A DNA stretch of 63,379 nt, the filler included, from Dugesia japonica (Eukaryota), in assembly GCA_001938525.1 (NCBI GenBank). It is 6 parts of 6 records of this genome, joined end to end, with 100 filler letters (N's around TTAATTAATTAA, not from the genome) between each part and the next. Parts side by side here need not be neighbours in the genome. Positions count along the whole stretch, not along the records: positions 21,541 to 35,815 come from MQRL01643721.1; positions 35,916 to 44,820 come from MQRL01633024.1; positions 44,921 to 53,730 come from MQRL01609207.1; 3 more parts are not named here. One strand, 5' to 3'. Below, piece after piece: positions 34,949-48,355 of this stretch. The number at the start of each line of letters is the position of its first letter. Positions within the stretch are counted from its first letter, which is position 1. A program made the translations under genes and the position numbers. The notes below the pieces were generated by a model. The model saw nothing but the letters and a program-made list of their open reading frames with translations. It did not search any database and had not been told where the DNA came from.

Positions 34949-35235
34949 CTATCGAATACCAGGCATGTGTTGCAATGCCACTCCAATAAAGTGTTTGTAT
35001 TTTAATTGTTTATTTAAGTGCTTTTGGATACATATTTTTCTTCTGTGTGATGAATATATGAACAAATCAGAAGATTGTCCATATGAGAAGCATGAATTTT
35101 CCAAATTTATTCCACACAATTGTAGCGATTATCTTTATACTTTGTTTATTGTTATTGCAAATAAAAGTCGCACCGGAAACTACAGGCGTGTGAATTCGAA
35201 TGGCATATCTGTAGGAATTATTTGGATTCGTGGCT
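34949..35235 (-). mobile_element. Helitron 3' end (helicase C-terminus, hairpin, degenerate CTAG)
   Basis: MPFEFTRL*FPVRLLFAITINKV*R*SLQLCGINLENSCFSYGQ; hairpin GGCAT...ATGCC at 34962-34979 about 10 nt before ATAG|T. Confidence 0.8.
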
Positions 35236-35239
35236 ACAA

Positions 35240-35793
35240 TAAATTTCACAACTCCAAAAACCGATAGAGTAAGTCTAACAGAAATTATATTCGGAAAAAA
35301 TGGTTAAGTAGCAAAAAGTAGATAGAGAAGTCGTAATGATGAAAATCAGAACAATAAGAAAGATAACATAATAACAATGCGGAATTTGAATATAGGAGAC
35401 GAAGTGCTAAGTAAACAAGAAATCCGTACTAATGACTAAGACAGATATTGGGACCATATACTTTGATCAAAATAATACATGAAAGAAGTTATCTAGTAAG
35501 AGAAAAACAATGATAAGAAATATAGTGGAGATTAAAGATTTTTAAAAGGTGGGATGTTAGAAGTTTAATTAATTGAAATAATCATTACCTGAAAAAATTT
35601 ATTAAATTTTATATGAATTACTATAAGTGTTGCAAATATTAAAATAATCTAACCTTAAAAAACATTTGTTTTATTGTACAGAATAGAAAAAACTATGTTT
35701 TTATTATGTTTTTAATTAATAAATTTTAAGGTATTAAATTGTTTCCATGCAAAATTATTTTAATGCAAAACTGAATGGATAATTTAGCTAACA
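35240..35793 (+). mobile_element. Gypsy 3' end with PPT and LTR (35555-35793, TGTTAG...CTAACA)
   Basis: Integrase C-terminal IGDEVL...GPYTLIKIIHERSYLV; AAAAGGTGGGA PPT; 6-bp inverted LTR termini. Confidence 0.75.
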
Positions 35794-35815
35794 ATTATTA
35801 TTGACTATCGATTAA

Positions 35816-35915
35816 NNNNNNNNNNNNNNNNNNNNNNNNNNNNNNNNNNNNNNNNNNNNTTAATTAATTAANNNNNNNNNNNNNNNNNNNNNNNNNNNNN
35901 NNNNNNNNNNNNNNN
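35816..35915. other. Artificial scaffold linker
   Basis: 44 N + TTAATTAATTAA + 44 N. Confidence 0.97.
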
Positions 35916-35919
35916 TTTA

Positions 35920-36075
35920 TTTTGTCGCCATTGACCACGTTTAGTCTTCCACACAGAAATCAAAGTCACCAGCATAAAAGTTTGTGACGTTCCTGTAAAG
36001 CTTTGTCACTGTAAACTTTGCGCAGTTTTTCATAAGCTTCGAGCGCGTTCCTCCTTTTATCGAAATCTTAATCTT
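35920..36075 (-). mobile_element. Mariner transposase N-terminal remnant
   Basis: RNALEAYEKLRKVYSDKALQERH followed by FYAGDFDF. Confidence 0.5.
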
Positions 36076-36471
36076 TCTTCAAATGCTGGTGCTTTATATT
36101 TATTTAGATAAATTTCTCGTAGTTCTTTATCGATACAATTTTCTTTTTCCGGATGTCTAGAAATATTTCGTAATCCCCTTTATAAATCTTTCTTGCAAAT
36201 ATGGCGAAATGCACACTTTGCTCTTCCATCTTCACCTTTTTGTACAATTGATTGATTTTTAAATTGATTTATTTAAACAATATAGTTAAAACTATCAGCT
36301 TTTAAAATATCTTATAAATTAGATATTCCATGACTTAATAAATGAGACTGCAAATTAATTTATTACGAACCCAATAGTAAATTGATTTTAGAAGATACTC
36401 TATCGATTAAAATATTGTGGAAATTGTGTAATCGTAATTTGCATGTAATCAAGGAAGCTATATAATCTATT

Positions 36472-36475
<4 letters not shown>

Positions 36476-36540
<65 letters not shown>

Positions 36541-36680
36541 NNNNNNNNNNNNNNNNNNNNNNNNNNNNNNNNNNNNNNNNNNNNNNNNNNNNNNNNNNNN
36601 NNNNNNNNNNNNNNNNNNNNNNNNNNNNNNNNNNNNNNNNNNNNNNNNNNNNNNNNNNNNNNNNNNNNNNNNNNNNNNNN

Positions 36681-36741
<61 letters not shown>

Positions 36742-36749
36742 TAATAATA
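36476..36749. repeat. (AAT)n microsatellite spanning an N gap
   Basis: Perfect AAT runs on both sides of the gap. Confidence 0.95.
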
Positions 36750-37801
36750 AAATAGATGATAACAATCGAAGTGCACACATTTTCGTTCCAGTGATGTAAT
36801 ATTACTTTATCTGTGCACAAAATCAATCAACAATGTCATTTGTTGTTTATATTAAATGAGGTTAAATAATAAAACTGAATTGTTCATTGAAAATTATTCT
36901 TAACAATTCTAATGCACAATGAGAATGAAAATAAACAATATTTGTTCAATATTTTATTGAGACTAATATTTTAACATTTCGACTGCCATGTCCTCCAGTT
37001 TTGTGGGATTTATTGATATGGTTGTACTGACTCCTCGACAGTTATCCTGGCACTATTAACTAATTTGAATTGTTAATATATTTTCAATGAAAAATGTTCC
37101 GGAATTTAGGTTGCTTATCATAATTTTATATTTTAGTTAGGAATTTCAAAAATAGCCAAAATAAATAAAATATAATTATCACTATTACCTAATTTAGTTG
37201 AGTTCCATTGTATTTGTTATGGTTTTGTTGGGTTTCTAAATGTGTTCGAAACTAAGATGCTGTGTGGGACTCTCATAATCCTCTAAAACTCGCATGAATT
37301 TTATTGTTGATAATTTAAATGAATTATTTTATCTTCACCTTTGTCTAATAGTAAAAATTTTCTCGTGTGTTCTTCTTACTCTCCCTTCCTGGTTCTATTC
37401 CCTGACTTTCCTTCGTTTTCGGTTACTATCCTACATACCTAGTCCTTTATCTGAAAATATTCGGGCCTCCTAAACTCTTGTTTATGAGTTCGATTTTAAG
37501 ATAGTTTTCATTACTTTTATGCAAATCGGAGCGCATGTACACTTTTATTCTTTTCATTTTCTACTAGACAGTGAATATCAAAATTTATTGTGGACTTCTC
37601 TTAATCGAATTATTGACTGTTGAATTGGATAAAATTACTATCAGATACGAAGACAAAAATATTTAACACAAAAATCAAAAATATTACTATTAGAATTGAA
37701 ACCAATATTCAATCTTATGATCGATACTATTATCACTTCGTGATATTAGTTATCGATAAAAAGAATTTTAATAAATTGAAAATAATGTCTTATGACTACT
37801 A

Positions 37802-38624
37802 TCAGGTAAACCCGAAGGTTCGTACGATTTTTGAATATGTAGCGTAAATCACTGTATCAAATTGAACACATAAAAATATATTTAATGAAAGCTTACATAT
37901 AGATTTTATTAATTTTGTTATGAATTATTTTCTGTAATGATTTATCTTTTTATTTGAATTACAAAATGTCTGCCGATTTTGTTAAATTAAAATATTTTTG
38001 CGTTAGAAGAAAATACAAATTTATGACGTAAAGAGTTGTTAGAAATCTTTAATGTTGACAAAGAAACATACCGGATACATTTTAAGCCTTACAAGTGGCC
38101 CCTATATAATTTGTCAAATGAGAACAAGCTCCGAAGATTTTCCAATTGGTTTGTTTTATATTGTGTCATAGAATCTCGCATTTTTGGATCGCTTGTTGAC
38201 ATGTGATGAAAAATGGATATATTTAACAATAACAAGAGAGTTTACCACTGGTTGTCAGTGAAGGATCACATACCATGCTCTCCAAGAACCCCGATTCATG
38301 TCTCCAAGGTGTATGATAGACTGCAGTTGGTATTACTCACTACGAGATTTTGAACAATAATCAAACATTACAAATATAGATTAGGAAATCATTTAAAAAA
38401 TAATGAAGGCATTTCAGTAGATGTTGGCAGTTTTTTCGCCTCAAAAGACATATTTTTTATAAAAATAGAATTTACAAACTTGTGTCCAATTTGGGAAAGT
38501 GTTGTTCATTATAACGGTGACTATTTTGGTGAATAAAATATCATTTTTTGATTTCTATTTTACTTTTTATTTGACTTTCATTGTATGATAAAAAAGAATC
38601 GTACGAAATTTTAGGTTTACCTGA
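37802..38624 (+). mobile_element. Internally deleted mariner with TIRs and TA TSD
   Basis: TA|TCAGGTAAACCCGAAGGTTCGTACGATT ... AATCGTACGAAATTTTAGGTTTACCTGA|TA; LDRLLTCDEKWIY motif. Confidence 0.85.
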
Positions 38625-39479
38625 TACAAAAATACTTGATATTACCAAAATACAAGCAACTAATTTTCACGAGTCTCATTAATGAGGTTCATGTAACGAT
38701 AATAAATATTATTTGTTTCGGCAATCTTTGAGAATAGAGGTAAAACTTAGAACAATATAAATATTCAACAGTTAGTGAAGGATGTCGTAATATATCACTC
38801 GTTATGACTACTTTCTTAAAAAAGTACAGTTTCTTATATGAGAATTTTCTTATTGAATTAATTCTCGTTTTTGATTTGTTTGAATTGATAAGTTACTGTC
38901 AAATTCTTATCATAATAATCATTTTCTAATTATCATTGATATTTGTTTCATCCTTCTAATTTTATAATGATCTTTCTTGCTCGGTTTTAATTCAATGTTC
39001 TAATTTTTATTTGATTTAAGTTTTATTTGATTTTTTTATTTTAATGTTAAATATTTCTTTTGTTGGGTTTTTTGAAGTTTTTGCTTTATTCATTGCTATT
39101 CTAATCTGATATTAGCATTTAATGCTGAACTTTGATTCGTATTCGACACTAGTAACAGGAATATCAAATAGTGAATCTTAATATTTTATTTTATCTCTAC
39201 AGTTTAATATTTTCAATCATTTATCCATGTAAATTTTAAAGCAGTGTGATAAACTAAACTTATTTTATTAGTCCTTGTTTCTGTTGTACTAGTGCGCTAC
39301 TAAAACTATTATATTATAATGTAAATTAAACCTTCGAATTTCCGCCATAGTAGGGTCCCTTGATTTTCTATAATCTTGGTCCAAGTGAATTTGGATAAAA
39401 ATCGAATTTTTCTCAATTGGTTGCGTATTGAAAATGTAACCAAAATATTTGAAGATTTTATATTTATAAGAAGTTTCCG

Positions 39480-40690
39480 GGAATCATTTTATGATACATC
39501 AAGATGCTAAGGCGAAAATGAATACAATATTATTACGAAAGATGGCTAAGATAGAAGACACGAGGGTGGAAATTCGGGAACAAGATAGAATAGAAGAAAA
39601 TAGAGTTTAAAGAGAATGAGACGAACTATGAGATTGAGAAGATTCATAAACTGTTGAAGTAGAGAAGTGATGGAATATATGTAAAAAACGTTCTATATGA
39701 GAAAATTTGAATAAAAAAATAGTATAGGTGGATTGGAGTTGTGCATTTTATCAAAAATTCAAGACTTGGACACAAATGACGAAATAAGAGATGGTAAAAT
39801 TAGAATCATGGCTCAAGCAAAAGTACTATTTGTAGATATTTGTGAACCGTGGAAGGAGACGGTGAGTCGAAAGACATATATATTATGTATGGTAGATCAG
39901 TTTACTAAATATATGGTTTCTGTAGCTTTATTTTGTCAAAATGAAGAGAGCAACAGAAAAGAAATTTTGGAACAGTGGGTTTTAAGATTTGATTGTCTTA
40001 TGGTGATCCGTACTGATTGTGGAAGAGTATTTGAATAGCTTATTATGAAAAGGTTTGTAGAAAGTCTTAGTATTTCGTTAGTGTCTTCGAATATAAGAGA
40101 GTTGGTAAATACCAATTTGAAGGAATAAGGCACATCAAATTGGACGACATTGCTCGCAGAGGTGGAGTTTGCGATTAATGCAACGATTTAAAAATCAATC
40201 GAAAAGTGTAAAACAGAATTGATGTTAGGAAGATGTATTGTAGGGAACGTTGGTACGAGACAGTTGGAGAAGAAGAGGAAATAATTAACAGGGAAGTTCA
40301 GATGAAGCGTACATTTCAAATAGGTGATTTAGTCCTGATGAAAAGAGAAGGATGATATAAAAGTCGCAGTAAATTTGTAGGCTTTTATCGTTTGTTAGAG
40401 AAGTTACATGAGAGAAGCTTTGGCTTCAAGTTGAAAGAGGGAAGAAGATTGAGAGAAGTATAGAAAAAATTTCTCAAAGGGGGATGTTAGATGTAATTAA
40501 AATATTTGAATTTTTTAATTTAAATTGTATGTTTTTTATTGTAAATAATAATTTGATGTTTGGTTTCAATATTGTTGTGGTACACTTTATTGAATTCGAA
40601 TTAAATTTTGAGTGTTTTTTTTTATCGTTATTAATCAAAATGTGAAAGATTTGGTATCAGGTTAGAATTTGTAATAAGTCTAACCTAAAT
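39480..40690 (+). mobile_element. Gypsy integrase remnant, PPT and 3' LTR start (TGTTAG at 40485)
   Basis: FVDICEP...YILCMVDQFTKY...WVLRF...IRTDCGRVFE; AAAGGGGGA PPT. LTR end uncertain. Confidence 0.8.
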
Positions 40691-40773
40691 TTGGTAATTG
40701 AATTTTGTAGTTTCTTTGGTAAAAGTTGTAATAAATTTTTTATATATTTTAATAAACATTGGTTAACTAGTTA

Positions 40774-41421
40774 GGGGCCATCCATATATTATGTACGCAG
40801 ATTTTGAAACTCTTCCCATCCACCTAGTGCTCTATGTACATTTTAGACCCTCGTCCTCTTAGACGTACATACGCACGGCAGTCTTTTCCCAGTGTAAATA
40901 TGCATAAAATATTATTAATTATTTCTTATTGTTCAATACTGGTTTTAGTACATTCGTCAGCAACAGCGACATAGGTCGATGTATTGTCAGTTGATCTTTG
41001 CCCAACTGTCTCTTCCACTATTTCCATAATTGTTGTTTCAGCTTTTTTTATTAGAATCAGTCGATATTGAAAGTTTGGGAATACTGGAATGAATCCAAAC
41101 TAACATTAGTTGGCTCTTCTGTTGCATTGACTTTCTCAGAATGTTATCCATTACTGAATCATAATTTTTGTGACTACATTTAATTGTATGCCACAAACGA
41201 TTTGCTTCCTTCTGTTGAACTGGTTTCTTACTCTGACCATGCAGCAAAATGTAATATATTCAGAGCCATCTTATTTTAAAGAAGCTACTATTACATAATG
41301 ATGGTATCATTTAATTTTGCGTACATACAGTTTTACTGAAATATCTCCCCCCATACGTTGTCATACGCAAATAATTCACTCTGAAAACATCTCCCTCTCC
41401 CCCTCAGTGCGTACATCATAT
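40774..41421. mobile_element. Non-autonomous DNA transposon relic (GGGGCCATCCAT-type end; Sola/Harbinger-like, uncertain)
   Basis: Left GGGGCCATCCATATATTATGTACGC, imperfect right GCGTACATCATATA; repeated GTAC subterminal motifs. Confidence 0.4.
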
Positions 41422-43079
41422 AATTGTTCAATATCTTATTTTTTAATTTAATTATTCAATATTTTTCATTTTTTTAATTAATAATTTCCTTTATGGATAA
41501 AAAAAAAGAATTAATTGAAAGTTTACATGAAACTAACACCAGGAACAGTCAATTTTTACACGTTAATTGTGCATTTATCATTTAGTGATTGAAATAAAAC
41601 TTTAATATAAGTAAATACATGAAGAAGAGATATGCAATCAAGAGAAAATTACATATTGTTTTTAAAGTATTGCGAATAACAAATAAGTTAGATTTAATAT
41701 CTCTGATTCTAAGCGTTCAAATATTTGTATTAATTAGGAAATAAATGGAACAGTTAATTTTCAATAATTTTGTTAACTCTCACTTGGATTTTATAATAAA
41801 TATTGTGCTGATTTTATAAACTCGATTTATTCATTTTATGAACTCTTTCACGATATTTTAATTATTTATTGTTGAATAACATTAAAATGTTTAATTGATA
41901 TTTATAATTTTAGTTAATAATATTAATAGTTCGTTTTATTATAAATTAAATATTCACTCTAAAATCTGAGATAATTTATATCAATGGTTTATTTTATAAT
42001 ATTGATATGCAATGGTATTTATTTATATTTTCACATAAGATTTCATTGGATATAGCTATTGATTTATACACATTTCATTTACAAAATGTCTAGGAAATTT
42101 CTTTTTTACATATTTGATAATGATTAGAATAAACAATTGTGATTACAATTTATTTATTTTTCTATTGTCCTACTCATTTCGAAATATGACATCTCCATTA
42201 CACGTCCGTCAAATAGTTTTACAACATCAAAGGAAAAAGTAAATTTCAAGTTAGTAAAATACTTGATGTTTAATTGACCCACAAAAACAATTGTTTTTAC
42301 TAATATTATTTGAAATATTTATTCAGGTCAAAATAAAATAAGTTCATCAGTTAGAATCTAATTCAGGTCAGTTAACAGAAGTGTTAAGCTCTAAATAGTG
42401 CTCTACCACAATCGATATATAGAGTTTTTAGTTTAAATTAATATTTTTTAATTGATAATTATTTTTTATTTGATAAATATTTTGAAAATATAAATACACT
42501 GACTCTTAAACAGATGAAACAATAACATATAAATAATAACAATAAACATAAGTAAAACATTAAAAACAATTTTATTCTTCAAATACATTTACACCTCCTA
42601 AGCATATTATGGTGTTATTGGTAACATGCCTTTCATAGTTTTCGCAATATTCAGTTGTTTAAATGATATTAAAAGTATTAAATATTCTTTCTACATACAA
42701 GCCATAACCGTTTTAGATTAACATATTTGGAATCAGCGAAAAATTCTGTATCGCATAGACACTTTCTAAAACTATTTAAGAAGGAAAATATTTTCGAAAT
42801 ATTTTTATTTGTGTAAAATGATCGCCATAAAGTTCTCAGCAGTTTGGTATAAAAAGCTTTGAAATCTGATATATAGAACATATTTTTTCAAAACTATAGA
42901 CTATTCACCAAGGCTCCCATAAAAATTTAATTTAAAAAATTTTAAATTTTCATATCATTTAAACAACATGAACGGTTTGCCCGGATTCCTATAAAACACT
43001 CCGATAAAATTTTTTAAAAACTTTCAAATTTAAACAAATTCAACTTAAACCGAGAAAATTATCATTCAAATTCTTCTAA

Positions 43080-43940
43080 AACTTACCCTTGTGAGGAAAT
43101 AATTAACAAAATCGTCCAAAACTGACCAAAACAGACTAATGTGAGAAAAATTCGACCAATATTACATAAACCGGGTAAATAATTGATTAAATTGTCCAAA
43201 ACTGACCCAAATTAACCATTCCTGAGGAAATAGTTGACACAATTTACCTAAAAATGACCCTTGTGAGTAAATAATTTACCAAATCGCCAAAAAATGAATC
43301 AAATTCAACCAGATCGATGAAAACTTTGATTGAATCACCCAAAAGCTACCCAAACTGACCAATCACGAGGAAAATTTTGACCAAATTTACCTAAAACCGA
43401 CCAAGTTTGCCCAGATTCGACCTCACCGATGAAAAATTTGACCAATATTACCTAAACCAGGTAAATAATTGACAAAGATTTCCAAAACTGACCCAAGTTA
43501 ACCATTCCCGAGGAAATAATTTACCAAATTCACCTCAAAATTACCTTTGTGAGCAAATAATTAACCAAGTTTTTCCAGATTCGACCTCACTGATGATAAA
43601 TTTGACCAATATTACCTAAACCATCTAAAAAATTACCAATCAAGAGAAAAACTTTGACCAAGTCACCCAAAAATTACCCAAATCAACCAATTCCGAGGAA
43701 ATATTTGACCGAATTCACCTGGACCAACCAAAAATCGACCTTAATCGACCTCACCGAGTTAATTCCTAACCAAATCATTCAAAAAAATTACCTAAAACCG
43801 ACCAAGTTTGACCAAACTAACCAATCCCGAGGAAATAATTGACCGAATCGTCCAAAAAATAAACCAAATTCACCTGAACCAACCAAAAATTCGACCAATT
43901 CACCCAAAAATTACCCAAACCGAGCAATCTCGAGGAATAT
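43080..43940. repeat. Degenerate C/A-skewed satellite-like array (short (G)ACC(A)A units with higher-order GAGGAAATAATTGACC repeats)
   Basis: ACC motif recurs every ~10-12 nt; GAGGAAATA recurs near 43094, 43224, 43510, 43695 and 43829. Confidence 0.7.
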
Positions 43941-44006
43941 AATTTCGTTATGTAAAAATAAAGCCAGAAGACTTACCATGTTTGAAGAATAAACTTTTTT
44001 TTAATG

Positions 44007-44229
44007 AATAGTAGGTAGATGTAAGCCATCTGTTTATTACTTGGATAAACCCAGTTTATTTAATTAAAAAAATTTTCCAAGCTATTTTAACGGGTAAATT
44101 TTTTCCAAGCTAATTTAATGGGGAAATTTTCCTAAGCTAATTTAATAAAAAAAAAGTCAGAGGGCTTACCAATTTGGAAGAATTTTTTTTCTTGGGGGGT
44201 TTCCAGAGGGCTTACATCTACCTACTACT
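44007..44229. mobile_element. 223-bp inverted-repeat structure with AGTAGTAGG termini (Polinton-like end)
   Basis: AATAGTAGGTAGATGTAAGCCATCTG versus the reverse complement of CAGAGGGCTTACATCTACCTACTACT; three ~29-bp internal tandem units; no TSD. Confidence 0.55.
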
Positions 44230-44820
44230 TGACTTAATTCTGGGTGTTATTTCAATTGCTTATTTCCCCTTTTCTGATCTCCCGTAATATCTTTTCATTG
44301 TAACTTGGAATCCTGTTTCATCAGAAAACAAGATTATTCGTCCTTCATTTGTTTTTTCAAGAAACCAACTACAATATCTTTTTCTTTCATCAGCTATATG
44401 TTTATTGTTATTATTTATATATTATTGTTTTATCTGTTTAAAAGTCAGTGTATTTATATTTTGAAAATATTCATTAATTAAAAAAAAATCAACATCAATT
44501 AAAAAAAAATTTTAACTAAAAACTCTAGACACTTGCACCTCGGTTTACGCGGTAATCGTTTTACGCGGATTCAAATTTACGCAGTTTTTAAAATAAAAAA
44601 AATATTAATATTTACTTTTATTTAATTTATTTTAACTTTGCTTTAAATCTGGCAATACTTATTATTTTAGTTAATTTTAAATCTGGTAACGCTTCATGCT
44701 ACTGTCATATTAGATGCTATTGTGTCATAATACTTTGACAAAACGTAAAAAAGAGGGAATTTCCTTTTTAATGCAAAAGCAAAATGTAAACAAACACAAA
44801 GTAAGGTACTCGCACACAGC

Positions 44821-44920
44821 NNNNNNNNNNNNNNNNNNNNNNNNNNNNNNNNNNNNNNNNNNNNTTAATTAATTAANNNNNNNNNNNNNNNNNNNNNNNN
44901 NNNNNNNNNNNNNNNNNNNN
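44821..44920. other. Artificial scaffold linker
   Basis: 44 N + TTAATTAATTAA + 44 N. Confidence 0.97.
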
Positions 44921-46300
44921 TATTTTAAATTAAAGTTAAAATTTTACATTGTGTTAAATTATAAAATTTTAAAAAATTATTTTCTAAAATGAGGGTTAAA
45001 AATAATTATTTTGGAATTTAAAAAACCAATATTTTTGAAAAATATTTTATTTAAATTTCTCACATTATTTGTTTGAAATTTTTGAATTGTTATTTCATAC
45101 TTTTATTTTTAAGAAAAGACTTGTAATAATCAATAAACAATTTATGGAGACTTGTGAGACTTTAAATTTAATTAATATGAACGAAGAGATCACATTGCTC
45201 GATTTTGCCAAAAAAACAATAAATTAAGGTTCTATAACAAAAATGATGAGAACACAAGTGAATATAATTCAATCAGCATTACAGAATCAGAGGACAACGA
45301 AGATATTCAAAACGAAACAATTAGTATAACAGAAAAGAAATTGAATAAAGAAAAATTGAAAGAGATTATAAAAAATCTAAAACCGCCAATAGAAGAAAAA
45401 CACGTCAACTTCATAAGCGGCCAAAGGGCAACACCAAAACAACAGTTAAAAAGATACGAACCAACAGTCATCTCTTACTCCAGACTAGAAAAAGCAAGAA
45501 ACACACCGATTGTATAATGCTAAGTAGCTGGTTTAACAATCAAAACTATGTTCAATATAGGTGCTGACCTTAATGTCATAAGCCAGAAGCTAGCGGAGCG
45601 TATAAGAAAACATAATCAAGCGGTTAAAATATATCACTTGACTACCAAAGTAACCTGTGCAAATCGAACAACTGAAAACTGTCTAGGTAAAATTCAATTG
45701 AATGTAGCAATCGGACCGGTAATAACAGCTCATGTCTTCGATATCATGCCAAATATTTCCCCCCATTTTTTTATCGGGTTATGAAGTATAATAAAAAATA
45801 ATAAGTTTTAGTGGACACTGCCAACGATGGAATAGAAATACAGGGTGTCAAAATTAATTTTCTGTCCTAAACTATAGCAGCTGAGTCAATAAAAAACTAA
45901 TTCCAACAGTATTGATGAGTCAAAATGCCTGAATCGGTAGAAATGAGACTCATGATAATAATTATAATGATAAAAATTATAGAGTGATTGTAGCAGAGAA
46001 TGTTAGTATAAGTGATAAAGGAGAATATTTTGTATGGTGATAAATGAAACAAAGCAGAGAGTAAAAGATATGAATGAAGATTTTCGTTATTTACAGGAGA
46101 TTAAAGAAAAATGGCAGAAAGGAATATTTTGATTATTGATGACTTAGTGGAAAACAACGATGGATATAAATGGTCTTTGACCTTGATGACCTTATTCTAA
46201 AAAGAAAAGTGTTAAGATATTAAGAAACAAGAGAATTACAACAGAAATCGATGGAACAAGGAGATCGTGTAAGGAGACAAGGTTATGATAAATGCCAAGA
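44921..46300 (+). mobile_element. Partial family-A LTR (44921-45177) followed by a Gypsy gag/protease remnant
   Basis: LTR ends ...AATTTAATTAATA; protease MFNIGADLNVIS...FFIGL (45548-45784); AAAAAAC-TAA slippery-like site near 45891. Confidence 0.7.
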
Positions 46301-47940
46301 AAATGGACCTCTTAAACGAAGATACATCGAACAGTTTATAGTTAAAGAAATAAAAGATAAATTAAAATTAAAAAATAAGAAATCAAAAATATTAAATCTT
46401 TGTTTTAATATTGATTGTTATGAAATATATATTTTTACTTAACTATTACTCGTATCTTTTAATTATATCGATTTTAGAATAACAATCTTTTAAGCAATAT
46501 GTAGATAACTCTTGATTCTGAGTCTAATGTTACTAAATTTGAAGAACCGAAAATTCTAAACCAAAATTCAAGTGTTTTAGTTATGTACTCTTTCTTTCGA
46601 AAATCAAGCATTTCTCGACAAAAGTAACGTAAAATTTATAAACAGCTTTTAATTATAAGTTCAAAGATACCAAATTCAAGGCAATACAACCATTTGACGG
46701 AGAAATTCTAAACCAAAATTTTGACCTTCCCGAGAAAAACTTTGACCAGTAAAATTCGAATAAATTTAACTAATCTAAAATATCGACCAATCAAAATCCT
46801 ACAAAACTAAAAACGCCAAATTTTGTAAAACACTGTCGGCGAAGGGGAACTGTTCAAGTGTTGAGGAATCTATCTACTCTGGTTAATAATTTTTCAATAA
46901 ATAATTATCAAGCTTGATGACTTATTTACAGAAAATATCTAAACATACGTATATTTCCAAATGATTTTATGAGTGTTAAATTTTAATAATTAACATTTAT
47001 TAAGAATATTATCTAAAAATATTTATTGTGTCACAATATTTATTTAATTTCATCAATTTGTTTAAAACATTATCATATTTAGCGATAATATTTTCAATTT
47101 CAACTTTAAAGTGTAAATATTTGTCAACAAACCATTTTGAAATTTTTTTTTATAAATTTCTCTTGCAAAAAATTTTTGCAATTTGATTGGTTTATTTAGT
47201 TGAATTCACTGCTAAGTTGGAACATAAAAGACAAATACATTGGTTCTCATTGCTACTGAGTTAAATAATACAAACATTATTCAATAATTTTGTATTTTGT
47301 AAAAAAAACACTAATATGATGGTCAATTAACACTTTCCATAAGATTTATATAATTTATTTTATTGAAACTGGAAAGGTTGTCGAATTTAGAGATTAACTT
47401 GAATTGTTTCCCAAATAAACATAATTCAATACGTTAATTACCGCATGAGAAATAGGTAAAATTGGACCATGATAATTTTCTGTTTTTCTCCAAATCTACA
47501 ATGGAGTTATGAAATTCAAACACATCCTGGGTTTACTATATGCGAAATGTCAAAACTCAAGAAAACTCATTACATTTAGCGTTTTAATTGTTTAGATTTA
47601 TAAGAAATAAAATGTTTTGTATAATGTTGTGCTCACATTTTTATTTAACATATAAGTAAAAAAACCAAAATCAGTCTTGTTATGTTTGGTGCCGTAAACA
47701 ACACCAAATAGTAACGTGATGATTACGTTAACACTACCGAAATACGAAGTTTCTACCAAATAAAGAACGAGATAGATTTCTTCATCAACTCTGATGTAAT
47801 GGCAACAGGCATCCATAATCAAAGAAACTTCATTAATCCATTATCAATGCATATTTACAGAAATATTCACTTGCTTAGTCAAACAAGAAAAAAAATCAAA
47901 AAACAAGAAAAAAGAAAGAAAGAAAAGATTTTTGAAACAA

Positions 47941-48355
47941 AAATAAATTTTATTATCAAATTGATTATATTTATAAAAACCATCCTCTAGTAGAGATGAT
48001 TTCGTAAAGCCTTGCATCATTGATAAAGCTCATCAAGTTTAAAACCTTAATAAATGGAAGTTACGTTATTCGAAATTGTATGATTTTAATTAAAATTTAT
48101 TTAAAATATAAGATGAAATTCAAACTTGGCAAGATATCGAGGAAAATGTTTAAAATCAAATAAATGTTATTATCAATTTGATTATATTCATAAAAACCAT
48201 ACTCTAATAGACTTGATTTCGTAAAGCCTTGCATCATTGATTAAGCTCACAAAGTTTTAGGCCAAAATAATTGGAAGTTAAGTTATTTGATATTGAATTT
48301 TTTTTAAATAAAATTGATTTTAGAAAATGGATGAAATTCAAACTTAGCCAAATTA
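47941..48355. repeat. Two tandem ~217-bp direct repeats
   Basis: AAATAAAT.TTATTATCAA...GATTTCGTAAAGCCTTGCATCATTGAT at 47941 and 48158. Confidence 0.8.

Noticed and set aside
36400-36826. Poly-Ile/Tyr/Leu/Asn ORFs (also 60544-60816)
   Set aside because: Translations of (AAT)n microsatellites.
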